DNA from: Callorhinchus milii
Lineage: Eukaryota
Reading direction: 5' to 3'
Assembly (NCBI RefSeq): GCF_018977255.1
Contig: NW_024704742.1
Coordinates: forward strand, 118,484,001-118,548,000
DNA: 64,000 nucleotides
Below, piece after piece: positions 11,214 through 25,068 of this stretch; positions within the stretch are counted from its first letter, which is position 1, and the number at the start of each line of letters is the position of its first letter. Under the pieces are notes generated by a model, which worked only from the letters and a program-made list of their open reading frames with translations, made no database searches and was not told the DNA's origin. The position numbers were made by a program, and so were the translations under genes.

Positions 11214-14200
11214 TTACCTGCCTACTGAATACAAGCCATCATACATTTTACTGGTACATATTGGGCACAGAGGTTAAAAAAAAGTTGTGACTTGCATCTG
11301 AAACACAAAAACAATGGATGATTGGTTGCCACTAATGTTTATAGATATCATCCAGGCTTAGTTGGTAGCATTGTTGCCTCAGAGCCAAAGGGTTGCACAT
11401 TCACTTCAGGATTCTGAAATCACAGCCTTGGCTGTTACTCCACTGCAATACTGGAAGTGCACCGTATTATTGGAGAGCCATCCTTCAGACTAAGGTCCCA
11501 TCTGCCTCTTCAGGTGGATGTCAAAGATCCCCCAAATAAAATTGGTCACTCACTTCTGACTGTTTGTGGGACATTGATGTATGCAATTTGCTGCCTTGCT
11601 TGTCTACAAATGCACATTCACTACACTTCACAGTAAAATCCTGTGAAGCTCATTGAGACATCTTGATGATGTGATGATGTGCTATGTCAAATGTAAGTAC
11701 ATAAGTCGTTTCATTATAAGTAAGTTGTACATGCACCCAAGTCCCATTCATTTTCCTACTAAAAATACTTTGATTTCTTTGCACTGATTGGATTTTACAA
11801 GTCGGATAAATGGTTAAGTCGTAATGATTTTCTGATCTCAAATAATGGAAATCCTAATAAAATCATCTTCTAACTCATATCACCACAACCACATCTATCA
11901 GCTCATTGACAATGTATTGCATGTATAGTGCTAACCAATACATTATCAATGAGTTAATAATAATCCTTGCATTTGATATAACCTTATAATGTCGTTGAGA
12001 TGTCTCAAAGTGCTTCACAGAATACATTGTAAAGTGAATTGACTATATATTTTGTTGGGGGAAACATGGCATATATAATGATAGATTGAAACATTGCATG
12101 AGGCAAATGAGATCATGACCCGCGCCCGCGATTTTATTGCGGTCTCGAAATTTGAACTTTTTTCAGAGAAAATTTATAAAAATTACAGTGTTAATAATTC
12201 TTTGTAAGAGTTCATGTTTTATTAAAATAATTCAGTTTTGAAACCTCTTTGCTAGCGACATTCATTGTACATGTTTTTTGCACATGAGGTCATGTACATC
12301 GTTATAAAATGACTCGGAATTTGCATAAGTCCTATTAAATGTTATGGTCCTGACTGATACGATCTGTATGTATTTACCTCTATTATTTTTATTACAAAAC
12401 TGTGTTTTGGGATCAATTGGAATTTCACCCACTTCTGTGTTTACTGCCGTATGGTCTAGTTTAACATCCCAGAAAGTTGTATTGTGTCACAATACTTTTC
12501 AGCAAGACAGAGGTCATGTGGCAGCGTTTTCTTGTTACTTTATTATTAAACGGCTTTAAAAATGTAGGTTGAAACTGATAAAAACATCTTTGTTATTGAA
12601 TAACGTTTATTTTTAATGAGCACAATGTTCGAATATAGAACACTGGGATACAGTTTATTTGCACTTGTAAAGAAGGTCTTTAGATCCCGCTGTTTTATGC
12701 ACATGACTAAATGCCAACTTTCTGACAGGGTCATCTGTCTCTGGTGCCAGCTGAATAAAAATGTTCTTCAAGCAGATGTGGGTTTCTCTTCAGAAGAGAA
12801 ACCAAAACAAATGACAAAAAGCAGCTCACCGAGTCAGGGAGAAAGAAACGCCTTGAGTTTTAAATCAACATGTTGTTCTCACTCTCTCTCTCTCTGTATT
12901 CAAAATATAGTCATTGCGCTTTCCATTTTAAATTTCATTTTAAATGATAAATCCCGTGAAGTGCTTTGAGACATCGTCCCGACATCAAAGGTTCTATGCC
13001 AAATGCACTGATTATTATATTATTATTACAGTGTGCTCCCCAGAGTTTGACAGTAAAATTGAAATTCTTTGGCCCTCTCCTCACACCTGTCTCCCCTCAC
13101 ATCTGTCCCTCTCCTCACACCTGTCTCCCCTCACACCTGTCTCCCCTCACACCTGTCTCCCCTCACACCTGTCTCCGCTCACACCTGTTTCCCCTCACAC
13201 CTGTCTCCCCTCACACCTGTCCCTCTCCTCACACCTGTCTTCTCCTCACACCTGTCCCTCCCCTCATACCTTTCCCTCTCCTCACACCTGTCCCCCCTCA
13301 CACCTGTCCCTCCCCTCACACCAATCCCTCCCCTCTCACCTGTCTCCCCTCACACCTGTCTCCCCTCACACCTGTCCCTCCCCTCACACCTGTCTCCCCT
13401 CACACCTGTCTCTCTTCACACCTGTCTCCCCTCACACCTGTCCCTCCCCTCACACCTGTCTCCCCTCACACCTGTCCCTCCCCTTACACCTGTCCCTCTC
13501 CTCACACCTGTCTCCCCTCACACCTGTCCCTCCTCACACCTGTCCTCCCTCACACCTGTCTCCCCTCACACCTGTCCTCTCCTCACACCTGTCTCCCCTC
13601 ACACCTGTCTCCCCTCCCACCTGTCTCCCCTCACACCTGTCCCTCCTCACACCTGTCCCTCCTCACACCTGTCTCCCCTCACACCTGTCCTCTCCTCACA
13701 CCTATCCTCTCCACAACTGTCCCTCCCCTTACACCTGTCCCTCCCCTCACACCTGTCTCCCCTCACACCTGTCCCTCCCCTCACACCTGTCCCTCCCCTC
13801 ACACCTGTCTCTCCTCACACCTGCCTCTCCTCACACCTGTCCCCCCTCACACCTGTCCCTCCCCTCACACCAATCCCTCCCCTCACACCTGTCCCTCTCC
13901 TCACACCTGTCCCTCTCCTCACACCTGTCCCCCCTCACACCTGTCTCCCCTCACACCTGTCTCTCCTCACACCTGTCTTCTCCTCACACCTGTCCCTCCC
14001 GTCATACCTGTCCCTCTCCTCACACCTGTCCCTCCTCACACCTGTCTCCCCTCACACCTGTCCCTCCTCACACCTGTCCCTCCCCTCACACCAATCCCTC
14101 CCCTCACACCAGTCCCTCCTCTCACACCTGTCTCCCCTCACACCTGTCCCTCCCCTCACACCTGTCCTCCCCTCACACCTGTCCCTCCTCACACCTGTCC

Positions 14201-14240
14201 TCCCCTCTTACCTGTCTCCCCTCGCACCTGTCCTCTCCTC
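11214..14240 (+). repeat. Partial third copy (equivalent to 5680-8710)
   Basis: Starts TTACCTGCCTACTGAATAC (as at 5680) and ends inside the minisatellite at CTCGCACCTGTCCTCTCCTC (as at 8691-8710). Confidence 0.95.
13073..14240 (+). repeat. Minisatellite, truncated copy
   Basis: Same unit; cut at the 14240/14241 junction. Confidence 0.98.
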
Positions 14241-17200
14241 GCAATGGAGGAGGATAGAGTGGTCGACAAAGTCAAAGGCAGCAGAGAGGTCGAGCAGGAC
14301 AAAGAGGCAGAGAGAGCTCTGGTCATAGATGGACAGAATATCATAGTGACTTTGATCAGCATGCAAACCCGATTGGAGGGGTTCATACAGGGAATGGCAG
14401 GAGAGGAAAAAGCGAAGCTGGGTTGGAACAATTTGTTCCAGGGCCTTGGAGAGGAAAGGGGGGTTGGAGATGAAACGATAGCTGGAGAGTAGTGAAGGGT
14501 CCAGGGAAAGTTTTTTGAGGATTGGGGTGATGACACCTGTTTTTAGCGGGATGGGAACAGTGCCAGTGGATAAGAAGAGATTGATGTTGGTTAAAAGAGG
14601 AGCCAGGAGGTGGAGCCGGGAGGTAAGGAGAGGGGTAGAGATAGGGTCAAGGGAGCAGTGAGATGTCTCGAAGATGTGATAAGGTGCTATATCAAATAAT
14701 AATAATAATACTTACATACTTGCTATGTCATGTCTTCAAGATGTCTCCAAGTGCTTCACAGCATATACTGTAAAGGGAATTGACTGTATATTTTGTGGGC
14801 AAAACGCGGTAACCAATTGAGCACAGCAGTGTCCCACAAACAGTCATGGATTGAAGTGACCAATTTATTGTTATTATTTTTTTAAGGAATTATTACACCC
14901 AGAAAAGCGATCCGCCAATCGACTATCAACCGGGTTCCTACTTACAGAGGAGTGTGGAGTAAGGAAACTTGGCCAACATTTTGCCTTGCTGGGAATCAAA
15001 AGCATGTCTCTCGCTTGCGAGACAAGAGCTCTAACCACTGAGCCACAAGGATTCCACAACTCCACAAATAAGGATTATTATTATTATTTATTTTCTATAT
15101 GTCTCCTCAAGACTGGTTTACCTTGTGGTTTTTACAGGGAGGTATCTGTGGAAACTTCACACTGAACCACCAAAAGAAAAGCATGAATCAGATGTGAGTA
15201 ACAAAGTGATTTGAGCTGGAGCACAGCTGCTGATACCTCTAAGAATGTGATTTTGCCAGGATATTGATACTCGCAGCCTCAGTTTCAAAGCCGATAATGC
15301 AATTTAGTTCTTCCTCCTCTCAAATAATGGTTGCTTAAAATCTATGAGGGAATGGGATTCAAAAGATAATTTTAATGTTGTGAGAGATATAAAACTAATT
15401 TTAGTTGGCAGAATGAGTTCTAAGCATGCATTTAACACACAGCACTTTTTAGCTCTTTTAACAATGTGAGATTGTTGTGTCAGGTGAAATTTAAATTGTG
15501 GTTCCAGTATCTTGGAACGAATGTTACTTTCATGCATTTGGATTAAGAGATCTGACTGCCAAAGTGTAAGTAAAAATCATTGCTCACAATTTTGAAATAA
15601 TCTGATTTCAATCAATTACTTAGAGTTGCTCGGTCCTGAAGTGTATTTTGTAACTTTATCAAACCACTGCATCCTGCTAAAGGTCACTAGTCCTGAAGAT
15701 TATCTCAGTTATTTTCATACTTGTCCAGAGAAAACTGGTACAATTTAACAACAACAATAAAATTACATTTTATTCAGGAGGACATCCCAAGGTGCTGGAC
15801 AGTCAGTGTTTCGGACCTGAGATAGGGGCCGGGAAGGAGGTACAATGATTTTGAGCTCAGCAAACAGATGGGAGACAGACTTAAGGAAAGAGACTCCCTC
15901 TGCTTTAGCTTTGCACTGGCTATGGAAAGAATCAAACCTTTTAACATTTAAATGTAGTGTTCACAGGCAGTCCATTAAGACCACCCTTATGTTTGATATG
16001 TCAGGGATGAGCTGGTATTTCCACAGTTCTTTGCTTATATTAAACATGCACTCACCATCTAAATTAAGGTTGTGTGTCCACCAGTACTGTGTATAGTTTT
16101 TAGACTGATTAGGCAACTCTGCTATTAGCTTAGTGCATAGGATTTTCTTTTCATCTCTTTCTTGCCTTGCTACCAAACTACGCGTTGGATCAAGAATGTA
16201 CCCATTTATTTCTCTTAAGGCTTCAATTGGACTTGCTTCTACTGGAGTAAGAGGACAGTTATTTATTGCACAAGTTGTGGCTGTTCCTAGTCTGGGAGAA
16301 AGAATGATTTGAATGAGGTTACAAAGAAAGAGAAGTGGAAAAACATTTCTATTTAAAAAAAACTTGTTCAAAAAACTGGAGTTGGGGCATTAATTCAGTA
16401 TCCCAAATCCCAGCACAGCAAGCTCCTTATCAACAACAACAACAAAATTACATTTGTATAGCGCCTTTCACGTTGGGAGGATGTCCCAAGGTGCTGGACA
16501 GTGTACAGCATTTCAGACCCGAGCTGGGGTCAGGGGGAGAAGGGAGGGGAGGGGAGGTGGCCGATGGCATGGTCGAAGAGGAGTTTCTTGAGGCAGGACT
16601 TGAAGGAGGCTAAGGAGGGGACGAGGTGGAGTGATTGGGAGATGGAATTCCAGAGGTTGGGGGTTGGTAGGGGGTTAGGAAAGGTATGAATGAAGCAACA
16701 CAAAGGTGCTTCCTATATTTTGCTGGTACAATATGTCACTTTTACCTGCCTACTGAATACAAGCCATCATACATTTTACTGGGTACATATTGGGCACAGA
16801 GGTTAAAAAAAAGTTGTGACTTGCATCTGAAACACAAAAACAATGGATGATTGGTTGCCACTAATGTTTATAGATATCATCCAGGCTTAGTTGGTAGCAT
16901 TGTTGCCTCAGAGCCAAAGGGTTGCACATTCACTTCAGGATTCTGAAATCACAGCCTTGGCTGTTACTCCACTGCAATACTGGAAGTGCACCGTATTATT
17001 GGAGAGCCATCCTTCAGACTAAGGTCCCATCTGCCTCTTCAGGTGGATGTCAAAGACCCCCCAAATAAAATTGGTCACTCACTTCTTGACTGTTTGTGGG
17101 ACATTGATGTATGCAAATTTGCTGCCTTGCTTGTCTACAAATGCACATTCACTACACTTCACAGTAAAATCCTGTGAAGCTCATTGAGACATCTTGATGA

Positions 17201-18605
17201 TGTGATGATGTGCTATGTCAAATGTAAGTACATAAGTCGTTTCATTATAAGTAAGTTGTACATGCACCCAAGTCCCATTCATTTTCCTACTAAAAATACT
17301 TTGATTTCTTTGCACTGATTGGATTTTACAAGTCGGATAAATGGTTAAGTCGTAATGATTTTCTGATCTCAAATAATGGAAATCCTAATAAAATCATCTT
17401 CTAACTCATATCACCACAACCACATCTATCAGCTCATTGACAATGTATTGCATGTATAGTGCTAACCAATACATTATCAATGAGTTAATAATAATCCTTG
17501 CATTTGATATAACCTTATAATGTCGTTGAGATGTCTCAAAGTGCTTCACAGAATACATTGTAAAGTGAATTGACTATATATTTTGTTGGGGGAAACATGG
17601 CATATATAATGATAGATTGAAACATTGCATGAGGCAAATGAGATCATGACCCGCGCCCGCGATTTTATTGCGGTCTCGAAATTTGAACTTTTTTCAGAGA
17701 AAATTTATAAAAATTACAGTGTTAATAATTCTTTGTAAGAGTTCATGTTTTATTAAAATAATTCAGTTTTGAAACCTCTTTGCTAGCGACATTCATTGTA
17801 CATGTTTTTTGCACATGAGGTCATGTACATCGTTATAAAATGACTCGGAATTTGCATAAGTCCTATTAAATGTTATGGTCCTGACTGATACGATCTGTAT
17901 GTATTTACCTCTATTATTTTTATTACAAAACTGTGTTTTGGGATCAATTGGAATTTCACCCACTTCTGTGTTTACTGCCGTATGGTCTAGTTTAACATCC
18001 CAGAAAGTTGTACTGTGTCACAATACTTTTCAGCAAGACAGAGGTCATGTGGCAGCGTTTTCTTGTTACTTTATTATTAAACGGCTTTAAAAATGTCAGG
18101 TTGAAACTGATAAAAACATCTTTGTTATTGAATAACGTTTATCTTCTAATGAGCACAATGTTCGAATATAGAACACTGGGATACAGTTTATTTGCACTTG
18201 TAAAGAAGGTCTTTAGATCCCGCTGTTTTATGCACATGACTAAATGCCAACTTTCTGACAGGGTCATCTGTCTCTGGTGCCAGCTGAATAAAAATGTTCT
18301 TCAAGCAGATGTGGGTTTCTCTTCAGAAGAGAAACCAAAACAAATGACAAAAAGCAGCTCACCGAGTCAGGGAGAAAGAAACGCCTTGAGTTTTAAATCA
18401 ACATGTTGTTCTCACTCTCTCTCTCTCTGTATTCAAAATATAGTCATTGCGCTTTCCATTTTAAATTTCATTTTAAATGATAAATCCCGTGAAGTGCTTT
18501 GAGACATCGTCCCGACATCAAAGGTTCTATGCCAAATGCACTGATTATTATATTATTATTACAGTGTGCTCCCCAGAGTTTGACAGTAAAATTGAAATTC
18601 TTTGG

Positions 18606-20202
18606 CCCTCTCCTCACACCTGTCCCCCCTCACACCTGTCCCTCTCCTCACACCTGTCTCCCCTCACACCTGTCTCCCCTCACACCTGTCTCCCCTCACA
18701 CCTGTCCCTCTCCTCACACCTGTCTTCTCCTCACACCTGTCCCTCCCCTCATACCTTTCCCTCTCCTCACACCTGTCCCCCCTCACACCTGTCCCTCCCC
18801 TCACACCAATCCCTCCCCTCACACCTGTCCCTCTCCTCACACCTGTCCCCCCTCACACCTGTCCCTCCCCTCACACCAATCCCTCCCCTCTCACCTGTCT
18901 CCCCTCACACCTGTCTCCCCTCACACCTGTCCCTCCCCTCACACCTGTCTCCCCTCACACCTGTCTCTCTTCACACCTGTCTCCCCTCACACCTGTCCCT
19001 CCCCTCACACCTGTCTCCCCTCACACCTGTCCCTCCCCTTACACCTGTCCCTCTCCTCACACCTGTCTCCCCTCACACCTGTCCCTCCTCACACCTGTCC
19101 TCTCCTCACACCTGTCTCCCCTCACACCTGTCTCCCCTCACACCTGTCTCCCCTCACACCTGTCTCCCCTCACACCTGTCTCCCCTCACACCTGTCCCTC
19201 CCCTCACACCTGTCTCTCCTCACACCTGTCTCCCCTCACACCTATCCCTCCCCTCACACCTGTCCCTCCCCTCACACCTGTCCCTCTCCTCACACCTGTC
19301 TCCCCTCACACCTGTCCCCCTCACACCTGTCTCCCTCACACCTGTCCTCTCCTCACACCTATCCCTCCACACTGTCCTCCCTTACACCTGTCCCTCCCCT
19401 CACACCTGTCCCTCCCCTCACACCTGTCTCTCCTCACACCTGTCTCTCCTCACACCTGTCCCCCCTCACACCTGTCCCTCCCCTCACACCTGTCCCTCCC
19501 CTCACACCTGTCCCTCTCCTCACACCTGTCCCTCTCCTCACACCTGTCCCTCCTCACACCTGTTCTCCCCTCACACCTGTCTCCCCTCACACCTGTCCTC
19601 TCCTCACACCTGTCCTCTCCACACCTGTCCCTCCCCTACACCTGTCCCTCCCTCACACCTGTCTCCCCTCACACCTGTCCCTCCTCACACCTGTCCTCCC
19701 CTCACACCTGTCTCCCCTCACACCTGTCTCCCCTCACACCTATCCTCTCCACACCTGTCCACCCCTTACACCTGTCCCTCTCCTCACACCTGTCTCCCCT
19801 CACACCTGTCTCCCTCCACCTATCCTCTCCACACCTGTCCACCCCTTACACCTGTCCCTCTCCTCACACCTGTCTCCCCTTACACCTGTCCCTCCCCTTA
19901 CACCTGTCTCCCCTCACACCTGCCTCCCCTCACACCTGTCCCTCCCCTCACACCTGTCCCTCCCCTCACACCTGTCCCTCTCCTCACACCTGTCCCTCCC
20001 CTCACACCTGTCTCCCCTCCCACCTGTCCCTCCCCCCCCTGTCCCCTCCCCCACCTGTCCTCCCCTCCACCTGCCTCCCCTCCACCTGTCCCTCCCCTCA
20101 CACCTGTCTCCCCTCACACCTGTCCCTCCCTCCACCTGTCCCTCCCCTCACACCTGTCTCCCCTCACACTGTCCCTCTCCTCACACCTGTCCCTCCCCTT
20201 AC
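18606..20202 (+). repeat. Minisatellite, copy upstream of second promoter
   Basis: Same unit, with a different order of variant units in the distal half. Confidence 0.98.
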
Positions 20203-21010
20203 GCTCCGCCCCTCTACTGCTGTTCCCATTGTGACGGATCAAAGCGGCGACCTTTCTCATTGGACCTCTGCCGCCTGCGTGTCTGTCTGTCCCCCCCGCC
20301 CCCGCCCCCAGGCCCCGCCCTCCAGGCCCCGCCCCCCAGGCCCCTGTCCGTGCCGTGCGCGCTTACGTCAGGAGGCTGAATGGCAACATTGTTGTGAGAA
20401 GAGGGACCAGGGGTTCTGGAGGCGAGAGCGCGATCCGCTGCACATCCACATCACGGGGGGAATCGTGTAGACAACAGCAGCAGCAGCAGGTGGAGGAGGA
20501 GGAGGAGGTGGTTGGCGCGCGCCCCCTCACTCGCTCACCTCCCGGGGAATCGAACGTTCTCTTCGGCATTGCTGCCGGAGGTGGGGATGGGGACGAGCGC
20601 GAGGCGAGCGCTGCGGCGTCCGCTTGTAAACACAGGCGGCCACGTGATGTGAGCAGCGCATTGTCTGCGAGAGAGAGAGAGAGAGAGAGGGAGCGCGAGA
20701 GAGGAGGTCTCGGGGCAGCATCAGCCGCAGCACAGACCCACACACAGGGAGAGGGGAGGGGAGGGGGGGCGGAGAGGACAGGACAGCGCGGTCCGGTACG
20801 GTCCGGTGTGGTGCAGTTGGGACGCTGGACACTCACTTCGACGTGCACGTCTGGGGGCTGTTGGAGGAGGAGAAAGACCACTTGAACCAAGATGGCTGTG
20901 TTAGCCCCGAACTTCTAGCGGATGTGGCTGTGCTTTTATTTATTTATATATGTTTTATATATATATATATATTATCGGGTTGTTGTTTCTGACTTGTGGG
21001 GCATTGCACG
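20203..21010 (+). promoter_or_regulatory. JMY: CpG-island promoter / 5' UTR of JMY, copy 2
   Basis: Near-identical to 9105-9907, differing in a few substitutions and microsatellite lengths. Confidence 0.75.
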
Positions 21011-21931
21011 ATGTCATTCGCTATGGAGGATAACCTGGAGTCGGACTGGGTTGCTGTGCGACCCAACGCTTTCGACGAGAAGGAGAGGCACAAGTTCGTC
21101 TTTATCGTGGCTTGGAATGAAGTGGAAGGAAAGTTTGCCATCACCTGTCACAACAGGACTGTTCAGAGGAAGAAGATTGGGGCAAAGGGGGTCCAGGGGT
21201 CACAGGAGCCGTCGGACAGCTCTCCTGTAACGGGCAGCAAGGCCGCAGCTCAGGGGGGGACTGTGAGGAAGAGCCCGACTGGAGAGGGAACCGAGCTGAG
21301 AAGTCCTATCAGAGAAAGGACCAGCATCCAGAGCCCAACTCGAGGAGACATTGGGGCCAAGAGCCCATCCAAAGGGGACATCAGGGCCAAGAGCCCAGCG
21401 CAGGGGGGTATGACAGTCCCTGAGTCAATCTCGGGGGATCCGAAGATGACAGGTCATGGAACAGGCAAGACATGTTTTCTGGACCCTATTCAAGATCATA
21501 CCCGTGTCCAGGAGTCCACGACTACTGCTGGAGAGGCTGGTGATCAGACACAGGATCAGGAGAGTGTGATGCCGGATGACTGCAGTTGGGCGGGACTGTT
21601 CTCCTTCCAGGATTTGAGATTGATTCATCAGCAATTCTGTGCTGTAAATTCCGAACTGGAGCCCTGTTTACCCGCGTTTCCCGAAGAGACGTCGGGGATG
21701 TGGTCTGTGCTGTTTGGAGCCACAGAGGTGTTTGAAGGGGAAATGGACTCTCTCTGCTTACAGCTGCAGATGTACCTCGGCCACGCGCTGGACATTTGCG
21801 GGTGGAAAATCCTCTCTCACCTACTGTTCACTGAAAGTGATGACCCCGACGAGTATTACGAGAGCCTGAGTGAGCTGAGGCAAAAGGGATACGAAGAGGT
21901 GCTCCACAGAGCCAAAAAGCACTTGCAGGAG
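21011..21931 (+). CDS. JMY: JMY coding exon 1, copy 2 (contiguous with unique intron 1)
   Basis: Same protein sequence as copy 1. Donor GAG|GTGGGA at 21931/21932, followed by unique intronic sequence leading to exon 2. Confidence 0.95.
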
Positions 21932-24431
21932 GTGGGACAACCTAATTATTTTTTGTCGTAAACATGTTCAAACGGTCTTGTGTGACATGCGTCTTAATTG
22001 CCCCTATTTTGGAGCGAAACTTGTCCGCATCAGAGAGGTGATGTGCAAGTTCGTGCAGTTTGAACGCGAGTGAACCCTGAGCCCTGTTTTGAAATAATCG
22101 TCAATGACCATTATTTCAGAAACCGTGGAATCATATATATCGGTGTTCACTGCGAGAATTAGATAACTGCTGTTTTTTTGTTTCGTAGGGAAATAATGCA
22201 GCTTTGTTAGTACTGTTGCCCCAATTTCCAGTCAAACAGCTGTGGAACCTACATCCTACAATTCAGATTAATTAGCAGAAGGACCTGATTACCTACAGTG
22301 TTTAATCCTATTCATAAAGCTCGGATCCTAATCCTACAGTAAATGGGAGTCAAGGTACTGGATAGTAAACCAGAGCTTTGCAAACCTTTACATCTCTTTG
22401 TTTGAGCCTCTTTCAACCTTCCATCTGTTGCTTTACACGATGGAAATGTGATCTGCGAGAGAGTGGGAGGGGAATGACCGTAAACATGAACTCCACGTCA
22501 TAGAATAGCTGAGGGTTGGCCTTAACTAGTAAAACAAGCTGTGTGTGGCTTGGTCCACATTCATCTGACTCAAGAGTTTTGTTAAACTTTTGTTTAAATC
22601 CAGGTTCTAAGGAATACAACATCAAATGTAAAACCTCACAACTTGACCCACAAAATCACACCACTGTCCCATTCTATTTACTTTGTTGGTTTGGGGCTGC
22701 AGAGAAGATATCTGTGAAATTTACTTCTGTGTATACTTTATGGCTGATAAGATGTCAAAGAAATGTCTGCGGATATACACAAAATCTCTTTGGAGACTGC
22801 TTCTCTCCCTCTTGAACTCAGTTACATGCACTATTTGCTATCTGAGATATCAGACAGACAGGAAACCTGCTCCTCATCCTGTGTAAGTGACTGGCCACTA
22901 ACTACCTGGTGGATCAGTAGAGATTGACTCATCCTTTTTATTTTTTTGAAAAAACTTCCTCTGAAGAAATGGCACTGCAATTCCCCCCGACTGCCTTTGC
23001 CAATGGTAATATGTATCCCTCAGCTTGTTGCAGTGTTCAGTGCACTAATGAACTGTGGCACTGGTCCACATTCATCTGACTCAGGTTTTCTTTTGGCGGA
23101 CCCAAGTATTCAGTGCATTGGTACATTCTTTGCATTAAAATGTGTACTTTTTAATCTGTGTGTCAGTAAGCCCCTGTTTTTAATATATATATCAACTTTG
23201 TTTTAACAACTAGAATCAAGTGTTTGCCTTGCTTGTTATGTATTGTACTTATGTGGGTGTCTATCTCTCTGTCTTCTTTGCTTCCTCCTTTTTGTTTCTT
23301 CTTTTCCCCCCTCTTAAAAGTAGCCAAATAATGAAAAACAATGGCTCTTCTGATTTTTAGCCGTATTAGACAATCTCAATACCAACTTTTGTCCCAATTG
23401 GTTCCACCACACCACTGGGAAGTATTCCCTATGTTTGTCATTCGTTGAAAGTGTATGTAAACATTCAACTTGTATCCCAGATTTGCTAGTATCTTTAAGT
23501 TTTAATTTCCTCTTCTGTTGAGGACAATGGGCACTGCATCTTTTCCAGTTGTTTCTTTGTTGTATATAACTTTTGTTACATACAATCACTATTGTTAAAA
23601 TTGTGGAGGGGGGTATTTCCTTTGATATTCATTTGTTATAGAAACTCATATTAAGTACCTCATAGATTGTAGTTTATTCACTTGCATTTTTGCAAGAGAT
23701 CAGAATCTTTAAAATATGCAATTGCTGACTCAAGAATGTGAGTACAATATGTGGCCTTTGCTATTAGAAATGCCAAAAAGCTACACATGCAAGATTTACT
23801 CCTCAAAACTATTTGTTGTGTCTTGCAGTGAACAGTAAGAGTCCGAGTTGAGAACCTATTGTTAAAGTTTAAGCATGTAAGCAAGACCTTTGATAAGGTC
23901 GACCTAACTTATAGTAAATTATGTTTCTCTTGTTCTGCTTAATCCTACATAGACTGGTTTTAGTTGTGCAAATGGGGGAGGTGATGACTGGGATTATCGG
24001 AGGTCTTCTGGAGTTCTCCTTTCCTATTTCTTGTACAAGCTGTCCTATGCTCTCAGTCAGATCACAGAAAAGCATCCATTTGATATGGAAACTCGGGTAA
24101 AGGACCTCATAGATATATTGATTGAACTTGTATGTATTTTGTACTTGTAGTTCATCCATTTGCAGTGACAGTGATATTGATAGTCGAATAAGATATGAGA
24201 AAGGATGAGGTCAGTTAGGGTTCTAACCTATTATGCAATTGTCTACTGTGTTTCGCCCACAAAATATACAGTCAATTCACTTTACAGTATATTCTGTGAA
24301 GTGCTTTGAGACATATCAAAGACGTGATAAGGCGCTATATCAAATGCAAGGATTACTGTTTTTATTCATTATTATACAGCTTGGAGTGGTCTTTTTTAGA
24401 GGTATAAAAGATGTTTAACAGGATACAGAAA

Positions 24432-25068
24432 TAATAACAACAAGATTTCATTTATAGAGCGCCTTTCACGTTGGGAGGACGTCCCAAGGCGCTGGACAGT
24501 TGGGTCAGGACCCGAGCAGGGGGGAAATGGTCAGGGTGAGGGGAGGGAAGGGAGGGAGCGAAGAGGGGGTAGAGAGTCGAGAGGGGAGCTGAAGGCACGG
24601 TTGAAGAGAAAGGTCTTGAGACCGGCCTTGAAGGAGGAAAGGGAGGAGGCGGCGAAGGCACTGGGGGATGGAGTTCCAGAGCCTGGGGCTGAGAGGCTGA
24701 AGGCCCGGCCACCGATGGTAGGGCGGTTGGGGCGGAGGATGTGGAGCAGACCGGAGCCAGAGGAACGGAGGGTACTGGCAGGTAAGTAGGGGGATAGTAG
24801 GTCGGAGAGGTAGGAGGGAGCAAGGCCGTGAATGGCCTTGTAGGTGAGGATGAGGATCTTGAATTTGATCCTCTGGGGGATGGGGAGCCAGTGGAGGCGA
24901 GCGAGGGTGGGAGTGATGTGGTCCCGAAGCCTGGTGCGGGACAGTACACGAGCTGCAGAGTTCTGAATGACCTGCAGCTTGTGGAGGGAGGTGCCGGGAA
25001 GGCCGACGAGGAGAGAGTTCCCATAGTCCAGCCTTGAGGTGATAAAGGCGTGGACCAGAGTTTCAGCA
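24432..25068 (-). mobile_element. Young L2 LINE 3' fragment
   Basis: [24 protein letters not shown]...[15 protein letters not shown]...LKTFLF; near-identical reverse complement of 34042-34683. Confidence 0.92.

Larger units (their letters stand above)
14241..22315 (+). repeat. Large direct duplication, unit 2
   Basis: Starts GCAATGGAGGAGGATAG (as at 3177, mid-L2). Homology ends at TAATCCTATTCAT (11213 = 22315). Confidence 0.95.
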
